A DNA stretch of 64,000 nt, taken from Torpedo marmorata. Its lineage: Eukaryota. Of the stretch, positions 9,501-21,355 are shown piece after piece. Location of the stretch: assembly GCA_977017645.1 (NCBI GenBank), contig OZ360225.1, positions 172,608,001 to 172,672,000 of the forward strand, read 5' to 3'. Each line of letters begins with the position of its first letter. The first letter of the stretch is position 1. Under the pieces are notes generated by a model that saw only the letters and a program-made list of their open reading frames with translations, was not told where the DNA came from and did no database searches. The position numbers and the translations under genes were made by a program.

Positions 9501-11769
9501 TGGTCCCTTATCGGATCACTGGCAGAAGGGATTATTAATAATAAAAGATGCCTGATGGCAATCGTCCTCTCCGGAGGAGGGGCTCTCCCAACGCCAATGT
9601 CCTTCTCCACCAAACTTAAAACAGACATGTCGGCGAGTTGGTGGTCCACGAGATAATTATTAGGTGTACTCCGGGTGCCTGGGCAGGGTGTCTAGAATCG
9701 GTCTCGCCCCTGAGGTGGGTTAGAGCGCTGAACCGGAACCTGTGTTGGTTTGCTGGAATACGGCCAATCATCTCTTTTATCATCATCTCTCATCAGTGTT
9801 CTTAAGAGATATTCATATTTCACTTTGGGTTTCAGTGGTGCCTCAGCTCTCTCTTTATTACTCGGCCAGTTCTTTGGTATTATCTGACCAGTTTAAGTTA
9901 GTCTTAAACAATTATGCTGGTTTTTTTTCTGGTAAGCATTGCATAAAGATTGCATTAAATTAAGCCGAGGGCTGGTCATCATTAAATGTCTGATCTGCAG
10001 CATAAGTCTGGTGCGCTACAATAAAAGTGTTTCCAAATTCCCTGTGCAGTGTCTTTGGGGAGGGGTTTACATTCCAGTCAACTGGTCGCTTTAGTTTAAA
10101 CTATCAATTGGCTGGTGCCGGTGCTGTCTGAATTCTTCACACAACAGTACGGGATCTTGCGGTGTTTGCATTGCCCTCCCTCTATTTCACATTTTACTCA
10201 GGTTTCAAAATTTAATGACACAGGGAAAAAAAATCCTGGGATTGAGTCCCATACATGTTTTAAGTTGATCTGATATAGTCAATAAAGCCCTTTGGATTTT
10301 TACTTCTGTTGGGAGCATGGTGGGCTATTAACAACATTTCTTGTTGTTTTCACAGAGTATATATTTCCCCTGGTTTATTTTTCTTTCTTCTCTGTCTCGT
10401 TTTTACTCCTTCTGCTGTACAAGTTAGTAACTGAGATTGCAAGTGAGATTGTAAACACTGAAGGAGTGAAACACCATTTCTTAACTGTCATTTTCATGTC
10501 CAATTAGCTGTGAATCTGCTGCATGAATTGGCTTTTACATTGCGACCTGTAATCTGTGTCTGCCAATTTAATCCTACAAAGCGCTGGTGAAACAGATGCA
10601 TTACAGCATGTTCGTAAAAAAAAAGGATTCATTCCATTAGGAGTGAAGCACTCTAGAGGGCAGGTTTCAAATTACTGTTGATGATACCTTCAGCTCGTTT
10701 TTTTTTAATCCCCTCTTCCTCACACCCTGCACAGTCTTGTACAAACAAAAGTGCTCGAGGAGCCTGGAAGGTGGGAGGCAAACGTTTTCAAGTTTCTTTT
10801 TCCAAAATGAGCAACGATTCTCCATCAAAGCTGAGTCTGAAACCTCATTTAGCTGCTTCTCCTTCTTCGTATCTAGTGAGACACGGGGCTAGTGGAGTTG
10901 TGGCTGCTGGGGTACATATGGGGGTGGTCTTGCCCACAAGGAATCTTTTGATTCCTCATCCTCATCATTCTGCAAGAATAGGGTCGCCATGCCTGACATC
11001 GGGACCCCGGGGTTTTCTTTTATCACCTTCTGTTTGTTAACCATCTGGCACCTAGCTCTGCTCTCATTCTCTCTCCGATTTCTCTCCTGATTGTCATCCC
11101 TCACATTCAGCCTGCAGGACTTCTCAGTCTTTTTGGAGCACCCTCCTTTGTACGTTACACTATCCCTCTATAACTTGCATTTTTCCTCCAGTTTATTTCT
11201 TTAGATTTTTGCTATTCTTGTATACGCTTTCTCCATTTCTTTGCTGCATCCTTTTCCTACACTTATTTGTCCCTGCGATCGCATGATTCTCCCTTTGTTT
11301 CTGTTCCCTTTCTTTTTTTCTCTTGTTTATCGTGGCAGTCATGATCTGACTGAAATACCTGCCAGGTTTTTCTGGTTTCCATTCTGAGTACATACCACTA
11401 TCCCCTGCACAGCTTTTTATCCCTCCAGCTCTTTTTCTTTGTTCCTCTTTTACATACCACTATTCCCTTTTTCCACTTTTTCTTTTTAAAATATTTTTAT
11501 TGAGTTTAACATATCTTGCATACATAATTGTAATGAACAGATAACAAATCTTTTCATATACATGTAAAATAACTCTTTTTCCACTTTTTAGCGGCATCTT
11601 TTTCCCACATTAGCTGCTCTGCCTCAGCTATAGTGATCGTGTTCCATGTCCCTCCTACGGACCATACTTCATTTGTTAGAGTCACACTTAACATTCTTAA
11701 ATTCTTTTCATCTCCCGAGTGCAAATCACACATCGCCTTCACGAGAGAGCCTTTTTAACTCTGTCCCAT
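9500..11769 (-). pseudogene. gag: ERV-1 gag remnant
   Basis: MGQ start at 11769, W.VGGTW matrix-like block, PPPY late domain at about 10917-10928, CFKFGGEGHW decayed knuckle at about 9594-9623. Many stops and frameshifts. Confidence 0.8.
11482..11574 (-). mobile_element. 93-bp L1-type 3'-end insertion in gag
   Basis: 15-bp TSD ctttttccacttttt (11467-11481, 11575-11589), with AATAAA and an A-rich tail on the minus strand. Confidence 0.75.
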
Positions 11770-11899
11770 ACTTACCATAAATTTACCCGGCCAGCCCTTT
11801 TCTGGCCTCCTGCTCAATTCCTACCTTTTTTTTTACAATCTGAGTTGTGCAACTCACTGTCCTATTTAAATTCCTACTCTTAATTTACCAGGTCCTCAT

Positions 11900-12110
11900 T
11901 TCCTCATCTCTTTCCTATTTTTTTCTGCCATAGTAATTGTTCTGCTTTTTCAATATCTCATACAGACCACGTTTCTCCCGACTGGCCATGCTTCAATATT
12001 TGTTAATGCTGTCGAAAGCTGTCAAAATTCTTTACCATACTTCGGATACAAATAACACAGTTGTTGTACCGGGGTGCCCCCATCACTTTTGTCCATAGCC
12101 TGTTTCCCAT
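11900..12110 (-). pseudogene. Second matrix-like module upstream of gag
   Basis: Manual translation with 2 frameshifts: MG/QAMDKSDGGTPVQQLCYLYPKYGKEF*QLSTALTNIEAWPVG/TWSV*DIEKAEQLLWQKK, similar to 11580-11769. Confidence 0.7.
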
Positions 12111-12115
12111 ATTAC

Positions 12116-12363
12116 AATTCCGAGCGGCAAGTTACACTACCTGCAAAGTCACACGGTCGCTCCCCCGTTTGATTTGATTCTGAGCAGCAAGTTACACTAC
12201 TTGCAAAGTCACACGGTCGCTCCCCCGTTTAATTTGATTCTGAGCGGCAAGTTACTCTACTTGCAAAGTCACACGGTCGCTCCCCCAGTTAATTTGATTC
12301 TGAGCGGCAAGTTACTCTACTTGCAAAGTCACACGGTTGCTCCCCCGTTTAAATTGATTCTGA
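12116..12363. repeat. 60-bp tandem repeat x4 in the ERV-1 5' leader
   Basis: Unit ygagcggcaagttac.ctac.tgcaaagtcacacggtcgctcccc...ttgattc recurs at 12121, 12181, 12241 and 12301. Confidence 0.97.
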
Positions 12364-12622
12364 TTTTCTCTAACAGTCCCTTCCCTGGGACCACACTTAC
12401 TTTTCAGCCCTCTCTTTAAGGACCTACCTTTTTTCCACCGTTATTCTCTACGTCCGGATTTCGGCAGGGAACCAGATCAACCTCGGACAAGGGACCACAG
12501 TGTTCCCGGGAGCTTCCTTGGGAGGTCGATCTCAAAGGGTCCGACTAGAGCTCAATTTTCTCCCCGTCCAGTCCCGGCAACCTGCAGCCTCTTACTCAGT
12601 CTCTGGTGTCTGTCCCAGCGAA

Positions 12623-12640
12623 ATCCTGCCGGCTACGCCA
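12623..12640 (-). promoter_or_regulatory. Primer-binding site, tRNA-Ser
   Basis: TGGCGTAGCCGGCAGGAT; 17/18 match to the complement of the vertebrate tRNA-Ser(AGA/TGA) 3' end as recalled (ATCCTGCCGACTACGCCA). It lies 1 nt from the LTR CA end. Confidence 0.88.
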
Positions 12641-12641
12641 A

Positions 12642-13372
12642 TGTAAAATTTTGCCCGTGCTGCAATTTATCTGTGAATAAAGAATACAGCAGAGAACCAC
12701 AAAACAAGTTTTAAAACACAAACAGTTTATTACTGCAGTAACACTGGCGGGAGATAGGAGGCACTATGAAAAGTCAATGACTCTTCTCTAGTGCTGAGTC
12801 CTTCTCCAAAGTCAATACTTCAGGGGTCGACTTATATAGTGAATAAGATCAATGCCTACGTATGGTTTCACATGTTCTCACAAATTGAAAATAAATTGGA
12901 AACAGCTTTTACATTTGTTCATGGAATTGGAATGTCTTGTTGTTAAATTGATCACTCGACAGTGACTCCCAAAGCCTTTAATTACTTCTTAGCTCTAATC
13001 ACTCATTCAGGACTGTCACAGTTAATGTCTCTTACAGATGTGAAACGTTATCCCTTCTTGATAAGAAAAGCATTACAACTGATTTATATGACAGCCTTTC
13101 TGGGCAAATGAAGACATAATCTTCTTCAGAAACCGAAACTTAAAGTTCAACTAAAGTTACAATCCCATAATCCTTTGCATTCTATGTTGGCCAACTCTTA
13201 TAGAAACAGTCCCAGAATTCTTTACAATGCCACAAGATAATGTTTAAATTGTCCACAAACTTTAACATGGGTGCAAATAAATCGCTGCTAAACATTCTCA
13301 ACTCCCGATTGTGAATACAAGGGTTAAACACACAATGCCCATCCACCCACAGGCACAGCACACTAATGAACA
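12642..13372 (-). repeat. ERV-1 5' LTR
   Basis: Abuts the PBS and ends ...ttttaCA. TATATAA at about 12832-12838 and AATAAA at about 12726-12731 on minus. The distal end (TG at 13372) is inferred. Confidence 0.75.
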
Positions 13373-13491
13373 AGATAAAAACACTTTCAAGTCATCAAAA
13401 AACCTGCAGATGCTGCAAATCTGAAATAAAACAGAAAATGTTAGAAAAACTCAACAGATCATGCATAATCTTTAGAAAGTGAAAGAGTCAA

Positions 13492-13910
13492 TCTAGAGGT
13501 TCACTAGACTGATTCCAGAGATGAAAGGGATAGCCGATGAGGAGAGATTGAATCGTCTGGGACTGTACTCACTGGAATTCAGAAGAATGAGAGGGGATCT
13601 TATAGAAACGTATAAAATTATGAAAGGAAAGTGGTAGGTAAGTTTTTTCCACTGGTAGCTGAGAACTAGGGGGCATAGCCTCAACATTTAGGGTAGCAAA
13701 TTTAGGATGGAGATGAGGAGGAACTGCTTTTACCAGAGAGTGGTGAATCTATGGAATTCTCAGCCCATGGAAGCAGTGGAGGCTACCTAAGTAAACACAT
13801 TTAAGACAAGATTGGATAGATTTTTGCAAAATAGGAAAGTTAAGGGAAATGGGGAAAAGGTGAGTAGCTGGAGATGAGCCTATCATCAGATCAGCCATGA
13901 CCTTATTGGG
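13492..13910 (+). mobile_element. CR1 LINE 3' fragment
   Basis: LGLYSLEFRRMRGDLIETYKI-coding sequence and CR1 3' UTR (gatcagccatga). Confidence 0.85.
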
Positions 13911-13989
13911 GACACCAATACCCCCTGGGCTGTCCACTACCTTTTGCAGGGCTTCACGCTTGGGGGTATAGGGACATCAATACCCCCGA

Positions 13990-14430
13990 GTATAAAGCCC
14001 TGAAAAAGGTAGTGGACACAGCCCAGGAAATCACAGGCAAACCTCTTCCCACCATCGAGAACATCTACGGGGAATGCAGCCGTCGGAGAGCAGTAGCAAT
14101 CATCAAGGATTCACACCACCCAGCACACACTCTGTTCTCACTGCTGCCATCAGGAAAGAGGTATAGGTGCCAAAAGACTTGCACCACCAGTCTCACGAAC
14201 AGCTGCTACCCCTCCACCTTCAGACTCCTCAACAACAAACTCAATCAGGGACTCATTTAAGGAATCTTACTTTTGCACTTTATTGTTTTTTTTCTCTCTG
14301 TATTGCACAGTCAGTTGTTCACATTTGTTTATTTGTTTACATGTGTATATTGTGTACAGTTTTTTTGCACTACCAATAAGTGGTAATTCTGCCTAGCCCG
14401 CAGGACAAAAAATCTCAGGGTTGTATGTGA
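13990..14430 (+). mobile_element. Rex1/Babar-like LINE 3' fragment
   Basis: IIKDSHHPAHTLFSLLPSGKRYR motif in ORF 14012-14260, followed by a 3' UTR. Confidence 0.82.
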
Positions 14431-15269
14431 TAAAGAGAATACAATAAGAACAGTACCTCTCTTCTAGAGGCTACTGCTTTTTGGACTTCAGATGTTTCTT
14501 GGTGCAATATTAAAGATGTCTTGTCTGGAGTGTCGAAATCACGTGACATGACATCATTGCTGTCTTTGAAGTTTCTTCTCTTCCAAAAGTATGAGTTGAT
14601 ATGGTTCCAAATTGTCTGCTGAAGCCACAAGCAAAAGCCTTTGTGTACACAGATCATTGAAGCAAAAGCCAGCTTGTTTGAACATATGCTTCTGAGTTTC
14701 CATTCTAACAACATGGGTAAACAAGCAGAGAGTCTTTTGTTTAACCAGATGTCCTCCTTGAGCACACCTCATTGTCCTAGATATTTCAATGACCAATCAC
14801 TCTGGTTTTATTGCCCTGTTTACCAGACTTTGCGTCTCAGAAAATGGCTTCTCTCTGAGTGTAATTGTGTGTGTCTGTAAGTGTGTCCCTGTCCAGCCCA
14901 CAATTCCTTTTACTAAGAAATATATATATAATTGTAACCAAAAATTAATAATAACAATTCCATCACAATATAAATTCCAACCTCACAGCTGGTTTTGTGA
15001 GTGGCTGATCGTGAGGTTTTTGGCATGGAAACTTTGTTAGTTCTTTGTCTGGAAGTTCAAACAAAGCATTTGTTGGATCTGTGCTAGCAGTTCCTGATGG
15101 TTTCCTCATGATGAATGCTGCTTCTGTAACTACACTGTAGGACGTCGATAACTGTAACGGATCATCACAAAAGCCTCAGGAAGAGCAGCATCTTGTTTGC
15201 GCCCACCATCAACTCTGTAACAGAAAGATGATCAGAGATCCAGCTCCCAGGACCCCATCCCTTGCACAC

Positions 15270-15522
15270 ATTTAAAAAAAAATTAGACATACATCACGGT
15301 AACAGACCCTTCCGGCCCATGAGACTGTGCCACCAAAATATACTCAGTTAACCTCCACCCCTCTACGTTTTTGAAAGGTGGGCGGAAACCGAAGTACCCA
15401 GAGGAAACCTACACAGACACGGGGAGAATGTACAGACACCTTTCAGACAGCGCCGGATTTGACACCGGGTCACTGGCACTGTAATAGCGTTGCGCTAACT
15501 GCTTCGATAACCATGCCGCCCC
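15270..15522 (-). mobile_element. tRNA-derived V-SINE (HE1-like)
   Basis: tRNA-like head, V-domain GGTTTCCTC.GGGT.CT.CGGTTTCC.CCCAC and CR1-type tail. Confidence 0.88.
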
Positions 15523-16019
15523 TAAGTCTATAGGCCTGACCTGTAATTTCTGAAATCAATGTTTGAGGAGGCTCAGGGTACTATAAAGCAGTGAAAAATG
15601 CAATAAAAAGGCTTGTTGTCTGCTGAACTTGCTGATCACTGTCTACTGATGGTTGTGAAAATAACCAAAACTCGAGGCCTTGGGATTCTTTCAGTGGTCT
15701 GAAAGAAACATGTACAGAATCCTGCAGTCAATTGCTCAAAAATGCATCAGGAAAATGACATTGCTTTCATTGCCTGACAATTACGCAAGCATTGCCATTT
15801 ATGAATTCAAGTGCTAGAATGGGTTAGGGTTAGGGATGACATGGATTTTCAGCTATGACTGACTTCCAACAAATCAGACTGAAAGAAACTGCATGTACGA
15901 AACATTCAGTGCACTTGCCCAGGAATGTGTATTAATCACAAGACTCTCCGCCCAACGATGTTCAGGTTGTCTTTTACCACAAGAAGACTTTTGTGCATGA
16001 GGGTGGGTATCCGTGAGAT

Positions 16020-16195
16020 TCCCAGATAGTCATAGAGTCATGGAGTCAAAGAGCATGGAATGAGAGCCTTCGGCCCAACTTGCCCATGCCAACCAAAATG
16101 TCCCACCTACACTAGTCCCATCCTATCCATGGATCTGTCCAAATTTTTTCTTCAACATTGCAATAGTACCTGCCTCAACCACCTCCTCCAGCAGT
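16020..16195 (-). mobile_element. CR1 3'-end fragment
   Basis: (GACTCTAT)n-type tail and gggccgaaggct stem on minus. Confidence 0.6.
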
Positions 16196-16719
16196 CCTCA
16201 TGATTTATTGATTCTGCAGTAGTTCATCCTCTATGAGCTATTCAGCTGTCAAGCAGAGTTAGGGCTTTGATGCCTGGAGAAGAGTGATACCCACTGAAAA
16301 TATGTTCAGTGAAACCAGGAAGGAATTATTACCATTGGGATTAAAGTCAGATGTATGAAAACATTTGCCACAACAAATGCTGAAAATACACTTCACCTTC
16401 CATGACAACATTTTACAACAAAGAAGGTGGGTATATAATGCAGAAATGACTCAATCCCTAAACAAGGAGCAGATACACACATCCATATCTTTGACCACTC
16501 AGCACCAACCCATGATGTCCTCATACCAAGCAAATTATAAGCCCATCTGCCAGTCATTAACCAAATATATACAAGACCAGAAAATGGTACAAACAAATCA
16601 AGAGCCCAAAGAAAGAAAATTTACCACTCTATCACTATCTAAAACACCCAAATCCTACCACTGCCACAAATCTTTACAAAGTCCTCTTCTAAACTTCTAT
16701 CTGATGAAAGGGTACAGCA

Positions 16720-17035
16720 GTTAGTTAAGTTGCCACACTGACATCTAGAGGTCAGGTATACAGATCTGGAGTTTGAATCCCATTGCAGAGGTTTGGGAAT
16801 TTCAATTCAAGTCATTAAAAATGACTGGATTTTTCAAATGATATCAGTAATAAGATTATGAAGCTATTGGATTTTTGTTAAAATCCATCGGTTCATTAAT
16901 GTGCTTCAGAAAAGGAGTCTGCCATCCTTTCCCGGTGATTCCAGTGTGATTGATTTCATAGTCGCCATAGTTCAGAGGCAATGCGAGATGAACAATAAAT
17001 GCAAACATTACCAGCAACATCCACATCATTCAAAA
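16720..17035 (+). mobile_element. Old degenerate tRNA-derived SINE
   Basis: B-box-like gagtttgaatccc and ggttcattaatgt...ctgccatcctt core resembling a common shark SINE (recognised from memory). Confidence 0.5.
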
Positions 17036-17375
17036 GCAGAGACTGGGTCGCCCAATCCCTGCTCTGCATTTTCGATACATGTGACAATTAACTGGAACTT
17101 GAACTTGAACTCTGCTGGCTAAAATGCCCTCTGTTGCTGTCCTCTGAATTCTGGACTCTGTTCACCCTGTGCGATACAGCAAGACAGCAGAGATGATATT
17201 CCGTTTCACTATTTTGAAACCACATTTAAGTTGATAGTCTTCTTCAGTCCAGCATCTGTTAATAGCCATTATAGTATTTGTCCTTTTCTGCCATTACCAG
17301 CTGTATAGCCATGGCAAGATATTTCAACAGATCCAGCTGATCCAATGCTGATTCAAAAAGGATCTCTTTTGATTG

Positions 17376-18292
17376 TGTTACGTCATAGACCAGCAGCAAT
17401 AGAAATTCAGCAAGATAATGGTATCTTAAAACAATAATTTTTAATAATAACTATTAATAATATAACATCTTACTTAAATCTAAACTTAACCCCAACTATG
17501 CGCAAATGCATATGTGTGTGTGGATTACCCAAACCATTACAGCTTAGGCACAATTCTGAAAAGTCAATTCAAAGTTCAGTCTTAGAAATCTTGCGTTGAA
17601 ACTCAGAACCTTTAAACTAATGTTCAGAAGTAATTATGAAGTAGGTGAGACACCGAGTCATCAGACTTCTCAAAACTCACGAATTCTTGTCGAGTTGTTT
17701 TCAGAGAAATGTTCCTTCATACGAATGATTGTCAAAACTCCCCTCTTCCTTGCGTAGGGGTTACAAAACTTGTGACTTCCACGATGTGTTGCTTCCACGA
17801 ACCCAGGCAAGGGTTAAACAAAATGACCATTAGAATAGTCACGATCCAAATACAGGATTGATCCTGCTTCCTTTACCCAGACATGGGTCAATCAGAAATG
17901 ACCATTACAATGGCCTCAGTATCACTGCTCTCCCTTGACAAGGAGAAGCAGCAGAAGTGACCATCTTCCCCGAAGTCACTTTAATTCTGTCCCTCCAGAT
18001 GACTTTCTGATGAACTAAAATGCTGCTTTTTCAAGTGTCTTAATCACATGACTGGCATCATCATACTGGTTTTTCAGTTTCAATTTCCAAAAAAACCTGA
18101 GTCATATGGCAGATGGCCTTTTCTTTGAGCAGATGTCTTCTTGAGTAAACATCATTGTTATAGTCTTTCAATTGAGAACAATAATGCTTGTTTACAGCTT
18201 GGACGTAGGTGCCTTTGCGTCTGTTCAAAATGTTATCTGTGAGTGTCTTCCCCTGGTCCAATCCCCAAAGTAACTTTACTAAAAAAATAACA
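17376..18292 (-). mobile_element. Possible solo LTR
   Basis: TGTTA...TAACA inverted termini around 0.9 kb of non-coding sequence. No TSD or partner found. Confidence 0.3.
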
Positions 18293-18439
18293 TATAGAAT
18301 AAAGATTAAAAAATACCAGAAGCCTACAACAACTGCCATAGATTCCTTAAAATAGTTTTGTTATTTGGAGCTGTTCTTTCTCCTTGGTTCAGCTTTATCA
18401 GCATGTGTTCAGCTTTTGGAAATTTTCTTCTCTTGAAAT

Positions 18440-20705
18440 AATATTACATGGTCAACCCCAAGCGCAAGACCCCACCAATCATCATCTGGATATCATCTCC
18501 CAGACTATCACTACAGGGGATCTCCCTGCCACCACCTTCAACCTTATAGTTCCCCAACCCCACGCCACCCACTTTTATCTCCTACCCAAAATTCTCAAAC
18601 AGAACTGCTCTGGCCATTGTTTCTGCCTGCTTCTACCCCACTAAAGATATTTCCTTTTACCTCGACACCATCCTGCCGACCCTCATCCCTTCATACCTAC
18701 ATTCCCGAAACCACTCACGCTCTCCACCTCTTTGAGGTATTCCAATTCTCCAGCCCCCATCCCCTTATGTTAACCATGAATGTACAATCCTCTTTACACA
18801 TCCATCCCCCATCAGAAAATACTCAGGGCTCTCTGCTTCTTTCTTGAATGCAGAGCTGTTCAGTCCCCATTAACTAACATTCTCCTTTGCTTGGTGGATC
18901 TTGTCCTCACATTTTGACTCCTCTCGTTTCCTCCAGATCCAGGGTGTAGCGATGTGCACACGTATGGGCCTCAGCTACACCTGCCTTTTTTTAGGGTATG
19001 TGGATCAATCCTGTTCCAAACCTACTTGAGCTCCACTCCCCAACTCTTCCTCCGCTACATCGCTGACTGCATTGGTGCTAGCTCCTGTATCTGTGCAGAA
19101 CTTATTAATTTTATTAAATTCACTACCAACTTACACACTGCCCTTAAATTTACCTGCACTGTTTCTTTCACCTCTCTTCTCTTCCTTGACCTCTCTGTTT
19201 CCATCTCAGGAGACAAACTATTGATTGATATCTATTACAAACCCTCTGACTCTCAGAGCTACCTGGATTATACCTCTTCCCAACCTGTCCCTCATAAGGA
19301 TGTCATTACTTTCTCATAATTCCTCCGCCTCCTCAGCCTCTGTTCCCAGCATGAGGCCTTCCATTACAGGACATCCAAAATGTCCTTTGTTTTCAATGAA
19401 TGTGGATTACCCCTTATTGTCATTAATAAAGGCCATACTCATATCTCCTCCATTGCTCATACTTCTGCCCTTACCCCATATTCCCCCAGGGCAGAACAAG
19501 GACAGAGTCCCTCTGGTCCTCACTTTCCACCCCAGTGGCATCTGCTTCCGACACATTATCCTTTGTCACTTCTGCCAACTTCAGCGTGATCCCATTACCA
19601 GCCACATCTTCTCCTCTTCACTCCATATACTCTACTCAGGGATGGTCTCACTGAGATTCACTTGTCCGCTCTTTCCTCTGGACCCACCCTTCCCCTCCCT
19701 TAGGCACTTCCTGCTGTAACTGCATAAAGTGTAAAACTTGTCCATACATCTCCACTTCACCACTATCCAGGGCCACAAACAGACTTTCTAGGTGAGGCAG
19801 AGTTTTACATACACTTTGTCCATCTAATCTACTGCATTAGTTGTACTTGGTATGGTCTGCTCTATATCATGAAACCAAATTCATATTAGGTCTTTGCTGC
19901 TGTCCCCTCCCTCCTTTCTCCACCTATCATCTCCTGCCTTTGCCACCCCCCTTCCCCCCTCACTCTTTTGTTCGGACGCCTGCCAGCATTTTCTCATAAT
20001 TTGATGAAGGGCTCAAGCCTGAAGTGTCGGTTATGTATTTCTACCTTTGCTACATAAAAGACACTGTTTGACCTGCTGAGTTTCTCCAGCATTTGTGTTT
20101 TTTACTTCAACCACGGTGTCTACAGATTTTCGTGTTTTACCTATGATGTGTTTGTGGGTCGAAACTTGAGCTTCCTGTAACCAACCATTTTAACTCCCCC
20201 AACTATTCCTACAGTGACATTTCTATCCATGGCTTCATCCATTGTCAAGGCGAGGCTAAAGTAAGCTTGAGGAACAACACATCGTATTCCTCCTGGACAA
20301 CCTTCAACCTCATAGCATAAACATTGATTTTTCTAATTTTAAGTAACCCCTAAATGACCTAATTCCACTGTTTCCATTACCTCTTTACCGATTCCCATAC
20401 TTACTTTTTTTTCTCTTTCTATATCATTTTTATTCCCCTCCCCCCTTTCCTAATGGTTTTTCCTTCTACCTGTCTCTCCACCTCTCACACCTTCGGTCCC
20501 ATACTCCTCACCTCTGGGCCCTTCCCCCAGCTTCTTTCCCCGTTATATATGAAATTTCACATTTTGTATCTTAGTCTTGATGAAGGGTTCAGACCAAAAC
20601 ATTGACTAACCATTTCTACCCTTTGTTGCTCTCTAACCTGCTGAGTTCCTCCAGCAATTCTCTGACTGCTCAAGATTCCAGCATCTGCAGCTATTGAGTT
20701 TCTCA
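18440..20705 (+). mobile_element. Old decayed Penelope-like element (RT, GIY-YIG remnant, 3' terminus)
   Basis: FYLLPKI, TMNVQS, FLRYIAD, FLDLSVSI, IYYKP..S.SYLDY and LEEQH blocks collinear with 57950-59655. Degenerate hammerhead-like motif at 20573-20607. Confidence 0.88.
19891..20141 (+). mobile_element. Young Penelope 3'-terminal fragment nested in the old Penelope
   Basis: Near-identical to 55477-55725 and 59737-59986. Confidence 0.92.
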
Positions 20706-21214
20706 CATGGCATTAATGCCTTTCTCATATTCTATTCTGGTAGGTTTCACCATGGTCTCCAATAAACTACAATCACTTTAGCCTCTCACCCCTCAGTGGC
20801 TGAACCACCAAATTTAACCGAGTAAGCAATAGAAAAGATTAGTTTGGAAAAGCCTAGAACAAAAGCAATACATCTAAAGTGTGCGGAAAAGATCGGTTCA
20901 ATCAGGTTGGTTCCTTAACTGTCAGAATTTACAAATATTGAGTTTACAAGTTTCATCTGATAAAAATGTTGAGTGTTTGGAAAATATTCCTAATCATGTA
21001 CATGCCAACATTTTTATTGTAATAAATAGCACACTCATTGTTCAGAAGTGGAACTTAAAAATATAAAACTTCAACATTAAACATAGCATTTACCACATTT
21101 ATGTTACAGAATGAAGGCTGAGTTTTATAGAGAAGATGGATGTTTTATAAGCCCATGAATGTACAGGAAAATGGTGTAATGTATTAATTACTGAACCCAA
21201 TGCTCTAAATATTT

Positions 21215-21355
21215 GTACCAAGAAAGGCTCAAGCCCAAAACATTGGTTATGTATCTTTACCTTTGCTATGTAAAGTACAATGTTTGACCTGCTGAGTTTC
21301 TCCAGCATTGTGTTTGTACTTCTATCATGGTGTCTGCAGACTTGCATGTTTTACA
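21215..21355 (+). mobile_element. Penelope 3'-terminal fragment
   Basis: ggctcaagccc..aac...ggttatgtat...tttgacctgctgagtttctccagcatt is shared with the Penelope terminus. Confidence 0.8.

Larger units (their letters stand above)
6423..13372 (-). mobile_element. Decayed endogenous retrovirus ERV-1 (class I, gamma/epsilon-like): 5' LTR-PBS-leader-gag-pro-pol-env; own 3' LTR absent
   Basis: tRNA-Ser PBS, MGQ matrix-like starts, PPPY, degenerate CCHC, FLIDTG protease, RNase H, integrase C-terminus and TM immunosuppressive domain occur in the correct order on the minus strand. Confidence 0.92.

Noticed and set aside
12116-12363. CRISPR-like array
   Set aside because: Contiguous tandem units without unique spacers; eukaryotic ERV leader context.
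14426-15222. Host exon(s) (ORFs 14415-14765, 14554-14796) or solo LTR
   Set aside because: No recognisable protein or convincing splice pair. TG...CA ends exist but there is no TSD or partner, so it is left unassigned.
15821-15835. Interstitial telomeric repeat gggttagggttaggg
   Set aside because: Only 2.5 units; compatible with chance.
17270-17360. Acceptor-like pyrimidine tract + AG as a coding exon start
   Set aside because: All three frames hit stops before a donor site.
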